DNA of 64,000 bases from Eledone cirrhosa (taxonomy: Eukaryota), in NCBI GenBank assembly GCA_964016885.1, contig OZ024752.1:34038001-34102000 (forward strand), read 5' to 3'. The stretch's first letter is position 1; every line of letters starts with the position of its first letter. Under the pieces are notes generated by a model. That model made no database searches, was not told the DNA's origin, and saw nothing but the letters and a program-made list of their open reading frames with translations. Below are positions 53,580-64,000 of the stretch, one piece after another. Made by a program: the position numbers and the translations under genes.

Positions 53580-56500
53580 TGAAAGACACTGTCTATGTGT
53601 TTAATTCTTTCATTACTGTATGTCTAATGAAAGACACTGTCTATGTGTTTAATCCTTTCATTACTGTATGTCTAATGAAAGACACAGTCTATGTGTTTAA
53701 CCCTTTCATTACTGTATGTCTAATGAAAGACACTGTTTATGTGTTTAATCCTTTCATTACTGTATGTCTAATGAAAGAGACAGTCTATGTGTTTAACCCT
53801 TTCATTACTGTATGTCTAATGAAAGACACTGTCTATGTGTTTAATCCTTTCATTATTGTATGTCTAATGAAAGACACTGTTTATGTGTTTAATCCTTTCA
53901 TTACTGTATGTCTAATAAAAGGGACTGTCTATGTGTTTAACCCTTTCATTACTGTATGTCTAATGAAAGACACTGTCTATGTGTTTAACCCTTTCATTAC
54001 TGTATGTCTAATGAAAGACACTGTCTATGTGTTTAACCCTTTCATTACTGTATGTCTAATGAAAGACACAGTCTATGTGTTTAATCCTTTCATTACTGTA
54101 TGTCTAATAAAAGACACAGTCTATGTGTTTAACCGTTTCATTACTGTATGTCTAATGAAAGACACTGTCTATGTGTTTAACCCTTTCATTACTGTATGTC
54201 TAATGAAAGACACTGTCTATGTGTTTAATCCTTTCATTACTGTATGTCTAATGAAAGACACTGTCTATGTGTTTAATCCTTTCATTACTGTATGTCTAAT
54301 GAAAGACACAGTCTATGTGTTTAACCCTTTCATTACTGTATGTCTAATGAAAGACACTGTTTATGTGTTTAATCCTTTCATTACTGTATGTCTAATGAAA
54401 GACACAGTCTATGTGTTTAACCCTTTCATTACTGTATGTCTAATGAAAGACACTGTCTATGTGTTTAATCCTTTCATTACTGTATGTCTAATGAAAGACA
54501 CTGTTTATGTGTTTAATCCTTTCATTACTGTATGTCTAATGAAAGACACTGTTTATGTGTTTAATCCTTTCATTACTGTATGTCTAATAAAAGGGACTGT
54601 CTATGTCTTTAACCCTTTCATTACTGTATGTCTAATGAAAGACACTGTCTGTGTTTAACCCTTTCATTACTGTATGTCTAATGAAAGACATTGTCTGTGT
54701 GTTTAACCCTTTCATTACTGTATGTCTAATGAAAGACTCTGTCTGTGTGTTTAACCCTTTCATTACTGTATGTCTAATGAAAGAAACTGTCTATGTCTTT
54801 AACCCTTTCATTACTGTATGTCTAATGAAAGACACTGTCGATGTCTTTAACCCTTTCATTACTGTATGTCTAATGAAAGACACTGTCTATGTCTTTAACC
54901 CTTTATTTACTGTATTTGTAATGAAAGACACTGTCTATGTGTTTAATTCTTTCATTACTGTATGTCTATTGAAAGACACTGTCTATGTTTAATACTTTCA
55001 TTATTGTATGTCTAATGAAAGACACTGTTTATGTGTTTAATCCTTTCATTACTGTATGTCTAATAAAAGGGACTGTCTATGTGTTTAACCCTTTCATTAC
55101 TGTATGTCTAATGAAAGACACTGTCGATGTCTTTAACCCTTTCATTACTGTATGTCTAATGAAAGACACTGTCTATGTCTTTAACCCTTTATTTACTGTA
55201 TTTGTAATGAAAGACACTGTCTATGTGTTTAATTCTTTCATTACTGTATGTCTATTGAAAGACACTGTCTATGTTTAATACTTTCATTATTGTATGTCTA
55301 ATGAAAGACACTGTCTATGTGTTTAATCCTTTCATTACTGTATGTCTAATAAAAGGGACTGTCTATGTGTTTAACCCTTTCATTACTGTAGGTCTAATGA
55401 AAGACACTGTCTATGTGTTTAACCCTTTCATTACTGTATGTCTAATGAAAGACACTGTCTATGTATTTAATCCTTTCATTACTGTATGTCTAATGAAAGA
55501 CACTGTCTATGTCTTTAACCCTTTCATTACTGTATGTCTAATGAAAGACACTGTCTGTGTTTAACCCTTCCATTACTGTATGTCTAATGAAAGACACTGT
55601 CTGTGTGTTTAACCCTTTCATTACTGTATGTCTAATGAAAGACACAGTCTATGTGTTTAATCCTTTCATTACTGTATGTCTAATGAAAGACACAGTCTAT
55701 GTGTTTAACCATTTTATTACTGTATGTCTAATGAAAGACACAGTCTATGTGTTTAACCCTTTCATTACTGTATGTCTAATGAAAGACACTGTCTATGTGT
55801 TTAACCCTTTCATTACTGTATGTCTAATGAAAGACACAGTCTATGTGTTTAATCCTTTCATTACTGTATGTCTAATGAAAGACACAGTCTATGTGTTTAA
55901 TCCTTTCATTACTGTATGTCTAATGAAAGACACTGTCTATGTGTTTAACCCTTTCATTACTGTATGTCTAATGAAAGACAGTCTATGTGTTTAACCCTTT
56001 CATTACTGTATGTCTAATGAAAGACACAGTCTATGTGTTTAATCCTTTCATTACTGTATGTCTAATGAAAGACACTGTCTATGTGTTTAACCCTTTCATT
56101 ACTGTATGTCTAATGAAAGACAGTCTATGTGTTTAACCCTTTCATTACTGTATGTCTAATGAAAGACACAGTCTATGTGTTTAATCCTTTCATTACTGTA
56201 TGTCTAATGAAAGACACTATGTGTTTAACCCTTTCATTACTGTATGTCTAATGAAAGACACTGTTTATGTGTTTAATCCTTTCATTACTGTATGTCTAAT
56301 AAAAGGGACTGTCTATGTGTTTAACCCTTTCATTACTGTATGTCTAATGAAAGACACTGTCTATGTGTTTAACCCTTTCATTACTGTATGTCTAATGAAA
56401 GACACTGTCTATGTATTTAATCCTTTCATTACTGTATGTCTAATGAAAGACACTGTCTATGTCTTTAACCCTTTCATTACTGTATGTCTAATGAAAGACA

Positions 56501-59500
56501 CAGTCTATGTGTTTAACCCATTCATTACTGTATGTCTATTGAAAGACACTGTCTGTGTTTAACCCTTTCATTACTGTATGTCTAATGAAAGACATTGTCT
56601 GTGTGTTTAACCCTTTCATTACTGTATGTCTAATGAAAGACACTGTCTATGTGTTTAATCCTTTCATTACTGTATGTCTAATGAAAGACACTGTCTATGT
56701 GTTTAATCCTTTCATTACTGTATGTCTAATGAAAGACACTGTCTATGTGTTTAATCCTTTCATTGCTGTATGTCTAATGAAAGACACTGTCTATGTCTTT
56801 AACCCTTTCATTACTGTATGTCTAATGAAAGACACTGTCTGTGTTTAACCCTTCCATTACTGTATGTCTAATGAAAGACACTGTCTGTGTGTTTAACCCT
56901 TTCATTACTGTATGTCTATTGAAAGACACTGTCTGTGTTTAACCCTTTCATTACTGTATGTCTAATGAAAGACATTGTCTGTGTGTTTAACCCTTTCATT
57001 ACTGTATGTCTAATGAAAGACACTGTCTATGTGTTTAATCCTTTCATTACTGTATGTCTAATGATAGACACTGTTTATGTGTTTAATCCTTTCATTACTG
57101 TAGGTCTAATGAAAGACACTGTTTATGTGTTTAATCCTTTCATTACTGTATGTCTAATAAAAGGGACTGTCTATGTGTTTAACCCTTTCATTACTGTATG
57201 TCTAATGAAAGACACTGTCTATGTGTTTAACCCTTTCATTACTGTATGTCTAATGAAAGACACTGTCTATGTATTTAATCCTTTCATTACTGTAAGTCTA
57301 ATGAAAGACACTGTCTGTGTTTAACCCTTTCATTACTGTATGTCTAATGAAAGACACAGTCTATGTGTTTAATCCTTTCATTACTGTATGTCTAATGAAA
57401 GACACAGTCTATGTGTTTAATCCTTTCATTACTGTATGTCTAATGAAAGACACAGTCTGTGTTTAACCCTTTCATTACTGTATGTCTAATGAAAGACACT
57501 GTCTGTGTGTTTAACCCTTTCATTACTGTATGTCTAATGAAAGACACAGTCTATGTGTTTAATCCTTTCATTACTGTATGTCTAATAAAAGACACAGTCT
57601 ATGTGTTTAACCGTTTCATTACTGTATGTCTAATGAAAGACACTGTCTATGTGTTTAACCCTTTCATTACTGTATGTCTAATGAAAGACACTGTCTATGT
57701 GTTTAATCCTTTCATTACTGTATGTCTAATGAAAGACACTGTCTATGTGTTTAATCCTTTCATTACTGTATGTCTAATGAAAGACACAGTCTATGTGTTT
57801 AACCCTTTCATTACTGTATGTCTAATGAAAGACACTGTTTATGTGTTTAATCCTTTCATTACTGTATGTCTAATGAAAGACACAGTCTATGTGTTTAACC
57901 CTTTCATTACTGTATGTCTAATGAAAGACACTGTCTATGTGTTTAATCCTTTCATTACTGTATGTCTAATGAAAGACACTGTTTATGTGTTTAATCCTTT
58001 CATTACTGTATGTCTAATGAAAGACACTGTTTATGTGTTTAATCCTTTCATTACTGTATGTCTAATAAAAGGGACTGTCTATGTCTTTAACCCTTTCATT
58101 ACTGTATGTCTAATGAAAGACACTGTCTGTGTTTAACCCTTTCATTACTGTATGTCTAATGAAAGACATTGTCTGTGTCTTTAACCCTTTCATTACTGTA
58201 TGTCTAATGAAAGACACTGTCTATGTCTTTAACCCTTTATTTACTGTATTTGTAATGAAAGACACTGTCTATGTGTTTAATTCTTTCATTACTGTATGTC
58301 TATTGAAAGACACTGTCTATGTTTAATACTTTCATTATTGTATGTCTAATGAAAGACACTGTTTATGTGTTTAATCCTTTCATTACTGTATGTCTAATAA
58401 AAGGGACTGTCTATGTGTTTAACCCTTTCATTATTGTAGGTCTAATGAAAGACACTGTCTATGTGTTTAACCCTTTCATTACTGTATGTCTAATGAAAGA
58501 CACTGTCTATGTATTTAATCCTTTCATTACTGTATGTCTAATGAAAGACACTGTCTATGTCTTTAACCCTTTCATTACTGTATGTCTAATGAAAGACACT
58601 GTCTGTGTTTAACCCTTCCATTACTGTATGTCTAATGAAAGACACTGTCTGTGTGTTTAACCCTTTCATTACTGTATGTCTAATGAAAGACACAGTCTAT
58701 GTGTTTAACCCTTTTATTACTGTATGTCTAATGAAAGACACAGTCTATGTGTTTAACCCTTTCATTACTGTATGTCTAATGAAAGACACTGTCTATGTGT
58801 TTAACCCTTTCATTACTGTATGTCTAATGAAAGACACAGTCTATGTGTTTAATCCTTTCATTACTGTATGTCTAATGAAAGACACAGTCTATGTGTTTAA
58901 TCCTTTCATTACTGTATGTCTAATGAAAGACACTGTCTATGTGTTTAACCCTTTCATTACTGTATGTCTAATGAAAGACAGGCTATGTGTTTAACCCTTT
59001 CATTACTGTATGTCTAATGAAAGACACAGTCTATGTGTTTAATCCTTTCATTACTGTATGTCTAATGAAAGACACTATGTGTTTAACCCTTTCATTACTG
59101 TATTTCTAATGAAAGACACTGTCTATATGTTTAATCCTTTCATTACTGTATGTCTAATGAAATACACTGTCTATGTGTTTAACCCATTCATTACTGTATG
59201 TCTATTGAAAGACACTGTCTATGTTGAATCCTTTCATTACTGTATGTCTAATGAAAGACACTGTTTATGTGTTTAATCCTTTCATTACTGTATGTCTAAT
59301 GAAAGACACTGTTTATGTGTTTAATCCTTTCATTACTGTATGTATAATAAAAGGGACTGTCTATGTGTTTAACCCTTTCATTACTGTATGTCTAATGAAA
59401 GACACTGTCTATGTGTTTAATCCTTTCATTACTGTATGTCTAATGAAAGACACTGTCTATGTGTTTAACCCATTCATTACTGTATGTCTATTGAAAGACA

Positions 59501-62500
59501 CTGTCTGTGTTTAACCCTTTCATTACTGTATGTCTAATGAAAGACATTGTCTGTGTGTTTAACCCTTTCATTACTGTATGTCTAATGAAAGACACTGTCT
59601 ATGTGTTTAATCCTTTCATTACTGTATGTCTAATGATAGACACTGTTTATGTGTTTAATCCTTTCATTACTGTAGGTCTAATGAAAGACACTGTTTATGT
59701 GTTTAATCCTTTCATTACTGTATGTCTAATAAAAGGGACTGTCTATGTGTTTAACCCTTTCATTACTGTATGTCTAATGAAAGACACTGTCTATGTGTTT
59801 AACCCTTTCATTACTGTATGTCTAATGAAAGACACTGTCTATGTATTTAATCCTTTCATTACTGTAAGTCTAATGAAAGACACTGTCTGTGTTTAACCCT
59901 TTCATTACTGTATGTCTAATGAAAGACACAGTCTATGTGTTTAATCCTTTCATTACTGTATGTCTAATGAAAGACACAGTCTATGTGTTTAATCCTTTCA
60001 TTACTGTATGTCTAATGAAAGACACAGTCTGTGTTTAACCCTTTCATTACTGTATGTCTAATGAAAGACACTGTTGTGTGTTTAACCCTTTCATTACTGT
60101 ATGTCTAATGAAAGACACAGTCTATGTGTTTAATCCTTTCATTACTGTATGTCTAATAAAAGACACAGTCTATGTGTTTAACCGTTTCATTACTGTATGT
60201 CTAATGAAAGACACTGTCTAAGTGTTTAACCCTTTCATTACTGTATGTCTAATGAAAGACACTGTCTATGTGTTTAATTCTTTCATTACTGTATGTCTAA
60301 TGAAAGACACTGTCTATGTGTTTAATCCTTTCATTACTGTATGTCTAATGAAAGACACAGTCTATGTGTTTAACCCTTTCATTACTGTATGTCTAATGAA
60401 AGACACTGTTTATGTGTTTAATCCTTTCATTACTGTATGTCTAATGAAAGAGACAGTCTATGTGTTTAACCCTTTCATTACTGTATGTCTAATGAAAGAC
60501 ACTGTCTATGTGTTTAATCCTTTCATTATTGTATGTCTAATGAAAGACACTGTTTATGTGTTTAATCCTTTCATTACTGTATGTCTAATAAAAGGGACTG
60601 TCTATGTGTTTAACCCTTTCATTACTGTATGTCTAATGAAAGACACTGTCTATGTGTTTAACCCTTTCATTACTGTATGTCTAATGAAAGACACTGTCTA
60701 TGTGTTTAACCCTTTCATTACTGTATGTCTAATGAAAGACACAGTCTATGTGTTTAATCCTTTCATTACTGTATGTCTAATAAAAGACACAGTCTATGTG
60801 TTTAACCGTTTCATTACTGTATGTCTAATGAAAGACACTGTCTATGTGTTTAACCCTTTCATTACTGTATGTCTAATGAAAGACACTGTCTATGTGTTTA
60901 ATCCTTTCATTACTGTATGTCTAATGAAAGACACTGTCTATGTGTTTAATCCTTTCATTACTGTATGTCTAATGAAAGACACAGTCTATGTGTTTAACCC
61001 TTTCATTACTGTATGTCTAATGAAAGACACTGTTTATGTGTTTAATCCTTTCATTACTGTATGTCTAATGAAAGACACAGTCTATGTGTTTAACCCTTTC
61101 ATTACTGTATGTCTAATGAAAGACACTGTCTATGTGTTTAATCCTTTCATTACTGTATGTCTAATGAAAGACACTGTTTATGTGTTTAATCCTTTCATTA
61201 CTGTATGTCTAATGAAAGACACTGTTTATGTGTTTAATCCTTTCATTACTGTATGTCTAATAAAAGGGACTGTCTATGTCTTTAACCCTTTCATTACTGT
61301 ATGTCTAATGAAAGACACTGTCTGTGTTTAACCCTTTCATTACTGTATGTCTAATGAAAGACATTGTCTGTGTGTTTAACCCTTTCATTACTGTATGTCT
61401 AATGAAAGACTCTGTCTGTGTGTTTAACCCTTTCATTACTGTATGTCTAATGAAAGAAACTGTCTATGTCTTTAACCCTTTCATTACTGTATGTCTAATG
61501 AAAGACACTGTCGATGTCTTTAACCCTTTCATTACTGTATGTCTAATGAAAGACACTGTCTATGTCTTTAACCCTTTATTTACTGTATTTGTAATGAAAG
61601 ACACTGTCTATGTGTTTAATTCTTTCATTACTGTATGTCTATTGAAAGACACTGTCTATGTTTAATACTTTCATTATTGTATGTCTAATGAAAGACACTG
61701 TTTATGTGTTTAATCCTTTCATTACTGTATGTCTAATAAAAGGGACTGTCTATGTGTTTAACCCTTTCATTACTGTATGTCTAATGAAAGACACTGTCGA
61801 TGTCTTTAACCCTTTCATTACTGTATGTCTAATGAAAGACACTGTCTATGTCTTTAACCCTTTATTTACTGTATTTGTAATGAAAGACACTGTCTATGTG
61901 TTTAATTCTTTCATTACTGTATGTCTATTGAAAGACACTGTCTATGTTTAATACTTTCATTATTGTATGTCTAATGAAAGACACTGTCTATGTGTTTAAT
62001 CCTTTCATTACTGTATGTCTAATAAAAGGGACTGTCTATGTGTTTAACCCTTTCATTACTGTAGGTCTAATGAAAGACACTGTCTATGTGTTTAACCCTT
62101 TCATTACTGTATGTCTAATGAAAGACACTGTCTATGTATTTAATCCTTTCATTACTGTATGTCTAATGAAAGACACTGTCTATGTCTTTAACCCTTTCAT
62201 TACTGTATGTCTAATGAAAGACACTGTCTGTGTTTAACCCTTCCATTACTGTATGTCTAATGAAAGACACTGTCTGTGTGTTTAACCCTTTCATTACTGT
62301 ATGTCTAATGAAAGACACAGTCTATGTGTTTAATCCTTTCATTACTGTATGTCTAATGAAAGACACAGTCTATGTGTTTAACCATTTTATTACTGTATGT
62401 CTAATGAAAGACACAGTCTATGTGTTTAACCCTTTCATTACTGTATGTCTAATGAAAGACACTGTCTATGTGTTTAACCCTTTCATTACTGTATGTCTAA

Positions 62501-63450
62501 TGAAAGACACAGTCTATGTGTTTAATCCTTTCATTACTGTATGTCTAATGAAAGACACAGTCTATGTGTTTAATCCTTTCATTACTGTATGTCTAATGAA
62601 AGACACTGTCTATGTGTTTAACCCTTTCATTACTGTATGTCTAATGAAAGACAGTCTATGTGTTTAACCCTTTCATTACTGTATGTCTAATGAAAGACAC
62701 AGTCTATGTGTTTAATCCTTTCATTACTGTATGTCTAATGAAAGACACTGTCTATGTGTTTAACCCTTTCATTACTGTATGTCTAATGAAAGACAGTCTA
62801 TGTGTTTAACCCTTTCATTACTGTATGTCTAATGAAAGACACAGTCTATGTGTTTAATCCTTTCATTACTGTATGTCTAATGAAAGACACTATGTGTTTA
62901 ACCCTTTCATTACTGTATGTCTAATGAAAGACACTGTTTATGTGTTTAATCCTTTCATTACTGTATGTCTAATAAAAGGGACTGTCTATGTGTTTAACCC
63001 TTTCATTACTGTATGTCTAATGAAAGACACTGTCTATGTGTTTAACCCTTTCATTACTGTATGTCTAATGAAAGACACTGTCTATGTATTTAATCCTTTC
63101 ATTACTGTATGTCTAATGAAAGACACTGTCTATGTCTTTAACCCTTTCATTACTGTATGTCTAATGAAAGACACAGTCTATGTGTTTAACCCATTCATTA
63201 CTGTATGTCTATTGAAAGACACTGTCTGTGTTTAACCCTTTCATTACTGTATGTCTAATGAAAGACATTGTCTGTGTGTTTAACCCTTTCATTACTGTAT
63301 GTCTAATGAAAGACACTGTCTATGTGTTTAATCCTTTCATTACTGTATGTCTAATGAAAGACACTGTCTATGTGTTTAATCCTTTCATTACTGTATGTCT
63401 AATGAAAGACACTGTCTATGTGTTTAATCCTTTCATTGCTGTATGTCTAA
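53580..63450 (+). repeat. 6,673-bp-offset duplication (about 53.6-56.8 kb repeated at about 60.3-63.5 kb)
   Basis: ORF pairs 54651/61324, 55557/62230, 56200/62873 and 56555/63228 are offset by 6673, with shared GACTCTGTC and AACCATTTT variants. Confidence 0.85.
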
Positions 63451-64000
63451 TGAAAGACACTGTCTATGTGTTTAACCCATTCATTACTGTATGTCTATTG
63501 AAAGACACTGTCTGTGTTTAACCCTTTCATTACTGTATGTCTAATGAAAGACATTGTCTGTGTGTTTAACCCTTTCATTACTGTATGTCTAATGAAAGAC
63601 ACTGTCTATGTGTTTAATCCTTTCATTACTGTATGTCTAATGATAGACACTGTTTATGTGTTTAATCCTTTCATTACTGTAGGTCTAATGAAAGACACTG
63701 TTTATGTGTTTAATCCTTTCATTACTGTATGTCTAATAAAAGGGACTGTCTATGTGTTTAACCCTTTCATTACTGTATGTCTAATGAAAGACACTGTCTA
63801 TGTGTTTAACCCTTTCATTACTGTATGTCTAATGAAAGACACTGTCTGTGTGTTTAACCCTTTCATTACTGTATGTCTATTGAAAGACACTGTCTGTGTT
63901 TAACCCTTTCATTACTGTATGTCTAATGAAAGACATTGTCTGTGTGTTTAACCCTTTCATTACTGTATGTCTAATGAAAGACACTGTCTATGTGTTTAAT

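Larger units (their letters stand above)
1..64000 (+). repeat. 48-bp tandem satellite array (about 1,300 monomers, head-to-tail, continues past both window edges)
   Basis: Consensus TTAACCCTTTCATTACTGTATGTCTAATGAAAGACACTGTCTATGTGT repeats throughout. It has 16/48 G+C and no CpG. Most monomers differ by 0-3 substitutions; length variants of 46, 44, 42 and 29 bp recur. No inverted monomers were seen. Confidence 0.99.

Noticed and set aside
29-63903. Numerous plus-strand ORFs encoding (MKDTVYVFNPFITVCL)n, often overlapping like an operon
   Set aside because: The 48-bp monomer has one stop-free frame. ORF ends and restarts coincide with 2-bp-deleted monomers. There are no unique domains or gene structure.
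1-64000. CRISPR-like array (short partly palindromic repeat with GAAAG)
   Set aside because: No unique spacers, since the whole 48 bp repeats, and no cas genes or leader.
1-64000. Calling the array centromeric or nucleosome-phased (3x48=144, 4x48=192)
   Set aside because: Numerical coincidence only; there is no positional or chromatin evidence in the sequence.

Overview
The whole 64 kb window is one head-to-tail satellite array of about 1,300 copies of an AT-rich (33% GC) 48-bp monomer, consensus TTAACCCTTTCATTACTGTATGTCTAATGAAAGACACTGTCTATGTGT, all in the same orientation. It looks like eukaryotic (animal) heterochromatin. I see no credible protein-coding gene; the listed ORFs arise because 48 is divisible by 3. 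The only non-satellite DNA is a 186-bp tRNA-derived SINE-like element with A and B boxes, flanked by a 17-bp target-site duplication. It occurs 7 times within 635-15102, always at the identical junction, so it inserted once and was then amplified as a passenger of the array, mainly in a 4,967-bp higher-order repeat. A matching empty site lies at about 16772. Diagnostic monomer variants show nested higher-order repeats (90, 286, 624, 1528, 4967, 6013 and 6673 bp), long-offset duplications (14,074 and 26,712 bp), and a left/transition/right zonation. The monomer begins with TTAA-CCC, the piggyBac end signature, so the satellite may derive from a transposon terminus. From memory, both the SINE and the monomer resemble octopus repeats; this is unverified.
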